Assembly (NCBI GenBank): GCA_965644295.1
Contig: CBFFRP010000028.1
Span: 186,001-250,000 of the forward strand
Direction of reading: 5' to 3'
Length of the DNA: 64,000 bases
From: Paraphysomonas bandaiensis
Lineage: Eukaryota > Protista > Chrysophyceae
Of the stretch, positions 40,838 through 53,600 are shown one piece after another. How positions within the stretch are numbered: the stretch's first letter is position 1; each line of letters opens with the position of its first letter. The translations under genes and the position numbers were made by a program. The notes under the pieces are model-generated. The model ran no database searches and was not told the DNA's origin. It was given only the letters and a program-made list of their open reading frames with translations.

Positions 40838-43221
40838 TTATGATTCCCTCTGTCGATAGAAAAGCATATATGCGGATGGTCCAGTTATGGCCGACGATGA
40901 TGCCGGACTCACCCTGGAGTCATTAAAGCACACCCAGTTCTGTGGATGAGTCCCACTATCACACGATACGCTGGTGTCTCTTGTGTCGACATGCGCAATG
41001 TAGTGCCCCCCATTCATACTTCCACTGTGATGCGCTACACTAGCTAAATCATACACTGGAGAAAGGTCAGTAGGAGAGTTACAGCTACTGAGAGCATTTT
41101 TCTGCTCTGTGCTCAGATAAGGCGACATATCGAGCCCAATTACAGGAAAACTGACGTCAGTAGACATTTTTTCTCTCCTGAATGTCGTATATCGAAACCT
41201 CTTGATGTGAATAACCTGTTGATATTAAGCATGAAAATGCGGATACGTAACCCATTGCAACACTTACAAGAATCTTCGGGCATTTGTAAATAGCCAGCCG
41301 CTTCACACTCCTCCTCTTGACCCCGCATTTTTCACAATTGTACGCATTATCTCCGTCTAAAATCTCAATGGCTGCACAAGGGTGTTACATCATTCACAGC
41401 GAGATGAGGTATGCTTATTCTATATACTTAGCGTACCTGTAAAAGCATCTAAGCACCCCTGCAATGAACATTTTTGAGGTTCTCTCGAGCTAATGGATCG
41501 CCTGCCTTCACTCTCCGCTCCCTGTGCAATAGGAACTGACAGATCCAAAAAAGGATCAAAACATAACGACCGGTGGTGGCAAGTGAGACATTCTATTGAA
41601 CTCTGCAACTGTCCTCCGAAAATATCTGTAATTATGCTGTCGTTGTGTTTGAGATAGCTCTCCCAAGCCAAGCGGCTCTCACGTTCGGCGATGTCCCATT
41701 GATCAACAACACTTACAGGAGATCTGGGCATAGGTGGGTTATTTTCTGTTACATCCATGTCTTGGTGGTCATCTTTTTTCGTTCCCTGGCCTTGATTAGC
41801 ACGCCGCTCTCTTGCACGCTGCTGTAGGGTGCGCAAAGTTGCCATATCCTCTGTACAAGCAGGGAGGGACGAAATCGACGGACCAGCTATGGTTTTACTC
41901 TTATCCAACTTGACATCTCCAGGAACGTCTTCCAAATCATTTGATACGTTTCCTCCACTGTGGCTACGATTATTAACAGATAACACATCGAATTCTTTGT
42001 CAGGTGTATGCTGGTGCTGGTTACCACTTTTACCGACGAGAGATACATTCACGCGGCTCCTCCGATTCGGAGGAAGGGCAGAAGTAGGAGTATCAGACTG
42101 AATAGACCGGATGCGCTCTACGGTTCGACCGGAAAACTGTGGCCGGATAGAATGTTCTGTCACCCCATTATCTACGTCTTGATGGGTAGGAGGCGACAGC
42201 ACTGGAGGGGAGGGTGAATGAACTTGTGTAGGCGTCCCAGGGGAATGGTCTGACGGAGGGCAAGGAGAAAGGGGTTGCAATGTCGTTGCTGGGCCTGGAG
42301 AATTTTGAGAACAACTCTGCGAGGTCCTGCGGCAAAGATCCTCGGACATGCCATCTAGTAGGAAACGCAAGAACTCTTGACAGTCTTGCTGTTCGTAGTC
42401 AAGAAGATGCGGTGCAAGCTTGGTCACCTGTAACAGATTAGGGTACTGGAAGAAATATACACAATTACCCACCATCTTCTTAAAGCTTAACGGAGCCACT
42501 GCACATCCTGCAGAGACAGAAAACATTTCTTCCACAAGCTCAGCAAACGCAGTTGCAAGGGCCCCTTTCAGAGGCGCAGACCGGTTTATGTCTGCCTTGT
42601 AATGTCCCTGACGGAAATACGAGACCAAAGCCTAAACAATAGAACCCGTAACAGATATACATAGACTACATGGAAACTAGTACAAACCTCAATATGTAGA
42701 ATGCACTGCAGTGCCGAGTTCATAAAGCATGTATTACCCAAGTTCTTTAGGCCTACACTGGATATCTTTACATGATCCTGAGCATTACTGCTACCACTCG
42801 CAGAAATAAGTTCCATATTTTGGGGAGATGCTCGACTGCGCAAAGGCTGGGAGAGATCCGGAAACAGAGGATCATGTCCAGCATTTCCCATATACTTATC
42901 TGACTTTAGCATTGCATTGCGATAAGTAACAATAGCACTACTTGCTGCATCGCTACGAGGAGAACTTTTTCTTGTAGCACTGGTATAGGACGGTAATTCT
43001 TTCGACAAGGACCGCTGCAACAAACATAAATAACCAAAATATCCGATATATCTGTATATATTTACCTCTCGCTGTATGTGTGACTTGGATTGCGACATAA
43101 CATACGGAGATAACTTAGACGAGGTCCCTGGAGCTCTCACGTCCGTATAGGGACCTGTTGAGGACTCTGCTACTCTTCTGCTTCTCCGATTCATGGACAC
43201 AGATGATTTGGACGTGTCCAT
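40838..43221 (-). CDS. Ubiquitin-specific protease (peptidase C19, USP2/USP8/USP21-like)
   Basis: Cys box GLKNLGNTCFMNSALQC, QQDCQEFLRFLLD, IITDIFGGQL, DPFLDLSVPI, His box AHHSGSMNGGHYIAH and WVCFNDSRV. A long disordered insert lies within the catalytic domain, and there are several short introns. Confidence 0.93.
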
Positions 43222-43960
43222 CTCTCTCTTATGAGGGTTCAGCTCAGAGGACAGAGACAGAGATATACACAGAATTAGTTAATAAAGACAAGCACATGGC
43301 ACATCATACGCCCACTGAGATCCATGTAAATGATGTCTAGTTGACAGCACTGTCTATAGCAGGATGGTCATCAGCATCAAGAAGTAGTTGATGTAACTGT
43401 GTGTCCAGGTCGCTGTAAGTGAACACACACACACGCTCCCAGGGAGACATACGCATACCGCAGTATAGTATACTTCACACACATACATGTACTGTACATG
43501 TATACCAGAGAGAAACACACACACACGAAACTGGAGTACTCAGACGTACTACTGTACCGTACATATGTACATACATACAGTACATACATACAAACACGCA
43601 CTGTGTATATACAGAGCATGTACAGCAGTTCTGTGCACATATACACTGTAAACCTATAAACCCCGGGTTTTGTGTAGACACAGTGCAGTGGCATCACTCT
43701 CGTATCTTGCCAGTGCATCATAACTACACTCAGTGATAGCAGTAGATGTTATTATAAGAATTGAATGAGTAATGAAGTGTCGGGAACCAGAAAGCAAAAA
43801 GTCACGAACCTTTAAAGAGCAATCAGAGCTATGTGAGAAGTGGAAGGCCTCTAGTGGAAAGAGTTTTGGATTGTGGTGTAGAAACATGGTGTCAAAGTAG
43901 GAACGATGCGTCACTGGTTATCTGAAGGACGATCGGAATGGCCGTTATACAGACATTCTT

Positions 43961-44104
43961 GATAATAATGCTAAGAGACAGAAGATGTCGCAGTATGTTG
44001 AATTGGAAAAACGACTGGCGGAATACCTCCATCTAGGAGAGGAAAAAGGATGAGTCCACAGACAGGCATATGTCTGATGCGCAGGTGATGGAGAAGACGT
44101 TATA
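43961..44104 (+). pseudogene. Possible pogo/Tc5 (CENP-B-type HTH) transposase remnant
   Basis: KRQKMSQYVELEKRLAEYL..MSDAQVMEK resembles the CENP-B HTH pattern; it is disrupted by a stop/frameshift. Confidence 0.3.
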
Positions 44105-44380
44105 ACGTATGCGTATTTACTAAAATGAAGTCATTCAACAGTCATTATTTGATTATTATCTCCTTAAGTACCTTTCTCACATCGTACTTAAGAGAACTTT
44201 GACTCGTTTCTGAAGTGCTGAGCTTATATCCTTGATATTTACTGTATTTTGAGAGTATTTGATTTAATAAAGTCATAACAACTTTTATTTTTAATTTTTA
44301 ACACGACAGTCTACTGAGTTGGACACTTCAATTCGTAGTGTTGATAATGGCAATATGATTGCATTAGAACCATTTCATAG

Positions 44381-45311
44381 TATTTTGTCTAAAAAAGTTT
44401 TTTTAATCTCAATCGGGTTCAATTGAAAGCTCATATTAGCACCGGGTAAAGATAAACATTCAACTTCAATGTTCAATTTGAACAGAAACTCTTTCTCCTT
44501 AATTACGATGTATTTGTATGTGAGTCCACCATTATATTACACAATTGCAAGAAAACCACAATGAGGACTCCACTTTCAAAAACAGATCATCAATCACTCC
44601 AAGTTATATTCTACCCTTCGTCTGCTGTATAAGACTATAATGATCTCAATGAAAGTGGTCTACCTTCACAACCAGGACCTTGCAACAACTTCACGAGTAT
44701 TACTAGAGAGTTCAAAAACTAGATCTTAGATCTAATGCTGACGGGGCAATGACATCCAGTACTTTCAGGTTTTGGGTCACGTTATGCTTAACGGGATTGT
44801 GTTAGTCATATTGTACACAGAGCATTCTAGTTAGTTGCACTAGCAGGGGTGAAGCGTGATATACATACATGTAATGATGATGCCAGCGACATAAACCCTC
44901 GTGCGTCTACTTGTTTTCATACACATCATCACATCTATATACGAATTTCAATTCCCCGCAATTTGCTATTCGCGTATTATCCTTATGGGGCATTATTGTT
45001 GTTGCCATAATTGAAATATGGGGATTTATTGGTTTGAATTTTGAATTAACCTAGTACAATTGCCATCCCCTAAGCTTATATGTAGATCCCATTGATTTTT
45101 AATTTTTTTCTTTATGTTATTCAGGAGCACCTATTTCCTTTAACAAATAGCTATACATCTTAAATATTAGGTTTTCAATATTATGACTCTAAGCTACAGT
45201 TTAATCTAAGAAAATTGCCATAATTTATGAAAGAGCTTATGGCCTATGTTCCAATATATTGAGCGGTGGACGATGTAGCCACTTTATTGCCCGTGATTAA
45301 ATATAACTATA
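44381..45311 (+). repeat. Repeat B, copy 3
   Basis: Colinear with 39226-40443, ending GGACGATGTAGCCACTTTATTGCCCGTGATTAAATATAACTATA. Confidence 0.8.
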
Positions 45312-45655
45312 CTGAATAATAGAAAACTATACAGTCAACTGTTCTAGTTAATATTAGTTAGTGCTACTTAATAACTACTCTTATATATAGCTTAAAGTTT
45401 AACACACCTTCAGTTTCCGATTTCTATTTAGCGTGTAGACAACGTGCGATGCAGTAGCTACATAGTATACACTTGCAGTATACTGGGTAAAGGCAATCAA
45501 AATTCAATATTCCCTTGTTTTAAATTTAGTAAGTGTTTTAAGTCGAATTAAATCCTTTTGATCATATTCGAATAATAACTGCAGAATATGTGGATCGTTA
45601 TGATGCATAATCAACACTAAATATTGCTGACATACACTCATCTGTCTGACTCCAG

Positions 45656-46716
45656 TTAAATGGTAATAGACATAAGAGAAACTTTTCCCAATTTTGATCC
45701 AGAATACTTTCGAAACACAGCGTCTTCCGAGGTGGATGATGGATGGGCCATATATTCACGCATTGTAGCCCCACATTCCTCGAGATCTGACTCGTCATAC
45801 TTCGTGTAAGCCACAAGAGTGGGGCTCCATGCATTTTTATACAGCTCCATTCGCGCTGCATGAACAACTGTTGCAGCAATCAATGATGGCGGGAACTTGA
45901 GTGTGGAATATTCTTGCAGTGATCGTTCAGCGAGATAGCAGGACAACTGAATCAAGGTTTTATTCCCGTGAGCGGCTTTGACGAAACGATACAAAAACGT
46001 AATAATTGTGGGGACTGTAAAATTGTAATCCAAAGCCTGTGCAATTTTTTGTTCCATTCTCAAAATCTCATCGACTGAGAACGTATGCGCGGTAATAGGG
46101 ACGAGATCGGAGGATTTGGGAGGATAAATTTCTTCGTATTTCGAAGCCAACTAGCATAAATAAGTGATTAGAATAAGGTAAGAAATTGACAAGCCATAGA
46201 ATTTACCAGTAAAGCAGATACTCCAACCAGTTGAAGTTTTGATGCTCGTACTTGACATTTCTCCAAGTAGCGATCGATGATGTTGACTGTGATGTACAGC
46301 GTTTCAGGTAACATTCTAAACTTTAGGTGAACATCTACAAGCCAGTTGACAAGTACGGCGCGCATGTACGGAGTGATAAACTCTTGATTATCCATATATG
46401 TAGGATCAACCATTGAAGCACCCTCAGATTCACGGAAGAAAGTATATATCTTGCTGACATAATCGGTACAGCAGCGGATATCGTCAGCATCGGCAGCGTC
46501 GATATTATGAGGTTCGCGTTGCATGTACAATCTGGTGTCATTAGTAGTATGAGACACTTCACGGGAGTCATGTGTGCTGTCAGGGATAGCAGTTGATGGT
46601 GCTTTTTTGGACTTTTTCCGACGATGGCTGGATAGCAGCTCAGAGTTAGTGATGTCCTCCAACACTCTCCTTGAGTGACATAAAGAACCCCTTGACACTG
46701 TTTTGTTGATTTCCAT
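45656..46716 (-). CDS. Mitotic cyclin (A/B family, B-like)
   Basis: D-box RRVLEDITN, cyclin box MRAVLVNWLVDVH, ETLYITVNIIDRYL, LQLVGVSALL/LASKYEEIYPP. Intron at 46151-46206; likely start MEINK. Confidence 0.93.
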
Positions 46717-48388
46717 ACCGCTGAGGCCTTTGGATTGATAAGTTGATGTTAAGTAGGTCAGATTCAATGCAAGCGTTGCTGTGAAGATATTGTGAGGAGT
46801 GCCACTGAGTGTGCGAGAAGGTTGTACGGACACCCAAAATGACACGTTGAATTCAACGGGTCTAGTTTCACTCAAGAGCAGCAGATCCATGAGGTACAGT
46901 ACCTGGATACAGTGGTATACGGCCACAGCGGTATTCGATGTAATCCGTATAGTTTTTGTAGCCTGCATTTTCAATGACTGTTACAGCCAGCCCACTTAGA
47001 TGCATAGATGCATAGACAGTCTGCTCTATCAGAGATATGCAGCAGGATCAGCAATGTATCGACTGGGCTGCTGTATACAGTTGTCTCCATGTAAGCAACG
47101 AACTTCCAACAAGTCAACTTATATTAAGAGGGGTTGAAGCCGGAGCTCTCAGCAGTGAGGAGGATGCGAATCATTCTCTCAGAGCTGCTTGATGAGTCCC
47201 CATATTCGACCATATCTGTGTAATCATCACCCAGTATAGGCGCTATATGTTGTCTTGATACCAACACAGGATATACACAGCAGTGCAGAGTATGTCGTTG
47301 GGAGATGAGCGGATATTAACCGCCATGTAATCCTTTAATTGAGTCAGGCTCTGCGAGTTGCTTAATGGCCAAAGAGCTTGCGATATAACTTGCCGAATAA
47401 TGTCCAGCGACAAAGTATGATCCATCATTCTCTTTTCAAATGCTGTATAAACCAGTGGAAAGTGACATTGGACTGAGTTCAGTATAGAGAGCACACTGTA
47501 TCCAAAGGGACGGAAATTATCTTGACCCGAGGCGTATGCCCTGAGCTTTTGATTTCCATTTCTTGCATTCTATTTGACCTCCGTGATTACGAAAATACGC
47601 AAAAGAGTGCAGGGGGTACCACCGCGTTGGATATCTGTTAGCCTTGCAAGATGACCTACGTAGATGCTTGGTCCGGCTATTTTGGCAGTGCAGCCCGATA
47701 AGGTATTGAATAATACGGTGTTTACAGGCAGTATTATATGAAGTAGCTAAAATAGCTTGACTGTGTGTAAGATCGTGTGTATCTACGACATGGTAACATT
47801 GATTGGTAGTAGAGATAATATAGATTTAGGAATAACAATGAATGATTGGAGATGTTAAGTTCAGGTTCAGCTACTTAACTTATTCACCACCCAAATGTCA
47901 AATACTCAGACTTTAGGCCACGTCTCTGTATGATAAGCTACTTCAAGAATTCTCAACTCAAATACAGAATAGGTGGATCAAGGCGCGCTCTCATCTGAGA
48001 ATGTCGACGTAGCAGCGGGGTGTCGTACAAAAAATAGCCCGATGCGTATGGCTGAATAGCCTGTACTGTATATTGCATATGTGTAGTCGGTGACTTTTAT
48101 TGCTACAGTAACATGTAAGAAGGTAGTAAAAAACATGATAACTAATATTCTGCACACTGTTAATATCTTCAAACTTGTAGTGCATAGTAATACCATTTTC
48201 CTACCCTCATCAAAATTTTCTCTAGGTTTTATACATTACAAGAGGCTATGGTATTACCCCGACTTCACACTGCCAACAACACCAAATACTACAATAATGG
48301 CACTGACTCAACGTACAGCACATGGATCATTATCACCACCAGTCAATACATAGTATTCATTTTTGTTCATCATCCTGAAAACAAACAA

Positions 48389-48550
48389 AACGGAATAGTT
48401 AGAAGTTGAACTTATAATGACGATAATTATGATAACAATCACGTATCTTCAACAGATACTCTCACTAATGCAGTTCATGATATACTTCATTGAACACTAT
48501 AACTCACATATACTATCTTATATTAAGATAAATTCTAGTACTCCCCCTCA
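48389..48550 (-). mobile_element. Copia-type polypurine tract (TGAGGGGGAG) followed by the start of LTR family L
   Basis: CTCCCCCTCA at 48541-48550 directly abuts sequence homologous to the 5' half of the two solo LTRs. Confidence 0.7.
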
Positions 48551-48865
48551 ATGAAATAATCAAAACATATTGTTTTGTTCACCTTTTAGGCAGTATCATT
48601 TCTCCCAGTTTCAGACCATTTCATAGTACAAGGAAAGTAATTTCATTTCATAAGATTTATAACTGGTTGTAAGTAAAGCAACTTGTATTAGGCATTTTTT
48701 TCTAAAGGTAGGCCTCGCCTGTTTCTTCTTCCTGACGAATAGGCTCCTCATCTAGGGGTATCGTTGTTCTCCTTAACTACTTTGGGCTTAAGAAAGAACC
48801 CAGCCCTGCTTTTCCTCTTCCATTTGGAGAAGTTCTAGTCTTAGAACTCATCCGCAGCAAATAAG

Positions 48866-49822
48866 ATATTGAAAGTCTTATTATTAGCAATAGGCGTTAA
48901 AAACCTGCACCAACTTAGTAGCTAGATGAGTGCTAGACAAACTAGTTAGACCTCTACCTGTAACTACTCAGTACACATTTTTTATCTTACTATTTATCGC
49001 TACGGAAGCTGCTTGTGCGTCGCCGCAAGCACCAAGGTGCGACCACTTCCGCTCTGAGTTCTTAAGGTGAACATCCCGGATGCTTGACTTCAGCAGGCAG
49101 CCCAATATTCCGGTTACCCTTCAGGTGGGCCCTGTCCCGGATGTCCTTGAGGTGGGCCCATTCCCGGATGCCTGTTTATTCGTCAAGGCCCAAAGACGTC
49201 TACACAAGAGACACTCATTGGTGTCCCTTGTACCACACAAGCATTCGGCTATGAGTGGGCAGAAGAATATCTGCTGACTATGTTTGCGGCTCACGTTAGT
49301 TTCCCAGAGAGAATCTCTCTGGTACTTATCCCCCAGAACACCACTTTGTGAGTCCGACTTTGTTGAGGGAAACGATTCAAGATACGGAAGTTGAGCAGTG
49401 GTTGACATGAACCAAATATATTATCATGTGGTTGACATGTTTTACAATGTTGACATGCTTGCCTTTGTAAAACGATCTTAATCATCTGAAAATGGTCAAT
49501 ACTCAATAGCCTTTAGTGAAAGGTATGGATGCAGCTCTGGAAATTCTTGTAGCACCATATCAAATAACTGGCGGGCTTGGTACAAATTGGTTTCATTTCT
49601 TTGTAAGGCGAGCGTAACACTCTGTAGTTTTTCAAGTTGCGTCAACGATCCATTCCAGCCACCGAAATAAGTTCCTTGTATCACACAAGCATTCGGCTAT
49701 GAGTGGGAAGAACGTTATCTGCTGACTATGTTTGCGGCTCACGTTAGTTTCCTAGAGAGAGTCTCTCCGGTACTTATCCCCCAGAACACCACGAAAAGGT
49801 GCGAGTCCGACTTTGTTGAGGG
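48866..49822. repeat. Interspersed repeat A, full copy (48866-49369) and partial right-end copy (49682-49822)
   Basis: Highly similar to 27716-28226. Confidence 0.9.
49496..49675 (-). pseudogene. hAT-like transposase fragment, copy 2
   Basis: LTQLEKLQSVTLALQRNETNLYQARQLFDMVLQEFPELHPYL matches the remembered SVT.xLQ...L..vR.LFD....FP segment of stramenopile hAT-like transposases (not verified by search). Confidence 0.55.
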
Positions 49823-50668
49823 CAAAAATAAGAGTTATAGCTAGTCTTTGTATTTAGTGAAAGTTACACTTCGTATTATTAGAAGATAAAGATTGATTAT
49901 ACATAAATTTCACAAGAAGAATAAACCTAGTAGTATAATAGCAAGACACATTTGAGCAAAGCGCAGTTAGCACCACACACATTTGCGTATCTTGTACAGT
50001 CGCGTATCTTATATATATCCTGGTAATTATTCAGTTAATTGTTATTTCATTGTATATTTTGCTGTAATCACGTGTTGAGTGTTATACATGAATGAGTGAA
50101 TCTTAATTATACGTCCAATCAGAGTTAAATCAGCTGTTAAGTCGAAATTGTCAGAAAGGTGGTGTCTCATTACAAAGCAGGCTCTTCATAACGATCCGAG
50201 TAAGAACTGAGCATAAATCGATATATATGTTTTTACAAACAAGATTATACAAATGTGTAAAGTTGTTTATTTCCGTTCTTATATAAGGAAGTGTTCAATA
50301 TTAAGGGCAAAATTCAGTTCTGCTACTAGAGTTCTCTGTATTTCACAACAGCTTAGGAGTGATGGAGCGTAAAATTTACAACTAACTCGGTAATTTAGAA
50401 ACTGACGAATATAGATGCAAAGAGATTAAATACTGCACTTACCGATACATTGACTGTATGTAAGACATTTCAGATTGATGCACAAGTTATATGTATATGT
50501 GACTATTTGAATCAAAACACCACATTTTCGTAAATTCCTATATATATATATATCTACATATTTTCCATTTACGTATTTATTTATCGCGAGTAAACATCGC
50601 GTTTATAACGCTATAAATATTACTTTCACATATATACGTGCAGTCGTAGCATTGCGTATATATTCTAC

Positions 50669-53600
50669 TTAGTCCTCTGTACTCGTAAAATCATGCTCGA
50701 GAGGAAGTGCGAGACCGGTACCAGCCATTTCATGGCGCTTAGTATTCACTGCAATACCTTTTACCGGCCTCTCGAACTCTCGAGCAAACTTATCACCACA
50801 AGGCGCCTTCGGCTTAGTAGAACTCGGGTGAGGAGAACGTACACTGATTTCAAACTCTTCGTCGCCTTCCACAGAGCCCCAAGAAAACAGGCGCCGCAGT
50901 CGGGACATACGCCTTTTAGATCTCTCATCCATCTCCTTTTCAGAACCAGAAGTTGCACTAAGCTTTTCACTCTTACGTTCATCTTCCTGCTTAACATCAG
51001 CAGTGGAAGTACTACATTCCACGCTTACACTTTCCAGGGGATAATCTGATTCACTTTCAGCACTTCCCTGGTTTGAATCGGAGTCATCTGACAAGGAGAG
51101 CATGCGAGATAAGGCAAATAAATTTTTCTTTCCAGTCTTTTCAGATGACTTCCTGGAATATGACTCCGTCGATGCGGTTCTTTTGAAAGAAAATCGACGC
51201 ACTTTACTCGCGTCACCGCCAATGTCGACCGCCTGCTCGAACGCACCCCGATATGTGGAAGCCGAATCGGATTTACCCACAGACTCTAAGTTACTGGTTT
51301 GTTCGAATAGCTTACCCACAGACTTTCGAGTTGGCACAACTACATCAATGTTAGATGTGCTAGCGCGGGTATCATCAGTAACACTGGTCCGAGGGTCCGT
51401 ATCCATGTTAAAAAGAGACCATATGAATGGATCGACGCTTTTCTTCGGCTCCGGAAGAGATGCATCTTCTTTCTCATCGTCGTCACCTAAGAGCACACCA
51501 CCCCCAGAAGAAATCATACTACCCGGCTCAGCAGAATCATTTGAAATATAAGATGCTCGACGGGCACTATTATTTGGTGATGTGTTACTATTCGGCAAAT
51601 CATTAATTTTGACTGCTGGACGAGGTGAAGATCGCTTTTTACCACCTCCAGACGAACCAGGTCGTTTAGTGAAGGGACTCTCGGCTAGAGGAACCGGAGT
51701 AAACATATCGTCAGTCGATGTCACACGTCGGTGGTTTGAAAAATGTCTACACTGATACAGCACCAAGAGGGCTGGAACAATTGCAAACCAGGGGTAGTAT
51801 GTAATCACTGTAATAAATATGATAATTAAAACAAAGAAAACACGCTGAAGAACGTGGATAATCACACGCTGAATGGCAACATCCATGGTTCCAATAAACT
51901 TCATAATTGACACCACCGAAAATATGGACAGCATTCGGCCAAATGAAAAGCAGCAGGAATACCACATGGGCTGTCGTTCCTGACTGAACTGGGATTCCCG
52001 CTTGATCGTTTCAGCTATTTTCCCGCCAAAATATGTCTTAAATTTCAAGACGAGATTACACTCAAAAAGTCTGGGAAAGGCCTCTGCGACTCTTGTAGAC
52101 ACAAAGAGGTATTGTGGGACATCCAGCACGACATTATTAGTATCACTATTGTCAAGGGCAAAGTCCAAAGATCGGTACAAGACACGCACTGCAGCTTCTA
52201 CGTCCGCTTGAACCAACCGAGGGGCTGTGGTAGCAATACATGAGCTAATAATAGCAGTCACACGATGATATACCTTGCCAATTTATCCAAAGACACTCGG
52301 TGGTTTCAAAAAACAAAACTTCTATCACCATTTCTACAGATACATTATCCACAACAAAATCAAAAATACAACACTACTTACGCAACACACAAGCAGTGAT
52401 GTATCCCATTTGCCAATGAATATCTCTATCGATGGCGCGCAGTATGGAGAAGTAAATAAAAAATATATTCAAAAACGCAACCAAGACCCAACAGAGTACT
52501 TTGGCCCAATAAGATACCACAAAACTATGTCCAAAACTAGATACGTGTAAACATTAGCTATACAGTATAAAATATACGGAGTACGTACTCTTCGTCCATT
52601 TTGTAACTGAAGATGCGACCTTCCGGGGAATTCCGCCCGAGCAAATCAAGCAGAAATAAATGTATCACTTCAATTCCTATATGCAAACTGGTACAAAAGT
52701 ATAAGTAGCTGTACGAAAGCAGCAATCAGCATTCTCTTACTCTGGTGCATACTTCAACTTCGCGATTTTCTTCAGTGCAACCTCCTCAACACGATCCATT
52801 TCTCTTTGAATAGCTTCAGACATACTTGGCCTAGAGAAATTACAACATAGCAGCTTACGCGACTCTACATCGGGGATATTACCCGTTGAGTCAATCCTGA
52901 TAATATGATGAAATACAATTGTTAAAGATATGAAAACTAACCCCCATGTATTGTCAAATGCAATACGTGCATCCCCTGTGAGAGCAAAATGTTGTTCAGC
53001 AAGTTTATCGAGGAAATCGTTGCAGGAGACGGACATAGCACGCTTCAATTTAGTTGCAAAATCATTTTCTTCTGATGCAAAGAAATGTTGTGGCTCTGCA
53101 GGATTATTGCTGGTTGATGGGTCCCGAGAACTGTGTGAGAAGTTCAAAGCGACCATAGCCACACTGTGAGAGTTGACAACATCCTTGGGCACCTTGCGAG
53201 ACTCCTGTAGAAATATGGACTTTCTAACAGACTCCATTCGAGACTTTCGCTTAAACTGAGCATTCAATTTCGAAACACCACGGATCAGTGCATTTGTAAA
53301 TCGTCTCCCCATCTGTGGAGTCTCGTGCATTACCTTTATCTCATCTGCCACTGGTGCCGCGATGATATTACTGTACAATATTATCATTTCACGTATAAGG
53401 GTTCATATGCGGTACTTACTCGAATATGTAGTCAACCATGTAATTTACAGGTGCAGCACAGAGTGACAAAAAAACCACGACGATGAACATCAACTATGTA
53501 CACAATTAATCAGAATATATATTTTATACACTTAGCCCCACCCGAAATGTGATATTAACTTCTCTGTAATCACACGCGGCGGGGGCAAAGTCATCGTCTC

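Noticed and set aside
43377-43736. C/V/Y/H/T-rich short ORFs here and at 19586-20141 and 22828-23288
   Set aside because: Translation artefacts of TA/CA/TG-alternating promoter sequence.
38512-44560. Tc1/pogo-like motifs (LYLPG..LNPIE) on the minus strand of repeat B
   Set aside because: Inter-copy substitutions are synonymous in the plus-strand frame, so the minus-strand motif is probably coincidental; LNPIE occurs in one copy only.
20269-46716. Apparent cell-cycle/ubiquitin gene cluster (Spo12-Maf, RING, USP, cyclin)
   Set aside because: The genes are interspersed with unrelated genes and TE islands, and these are common functional classes, so chance is sufficient.
46717-46974. 86-aa N-terminal extension of the cyclin ORF
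   Set aside because: It has promoter/UTR-like composition; MEINK just before the D-box is the more plausible start.
47100-47720. GC-richer coding-like patch, with similar patches at 26590-26790 and 28740-28880
   Set aside because: Only short broken ORFs with no recognisable motif; cannot be assigned without a search.
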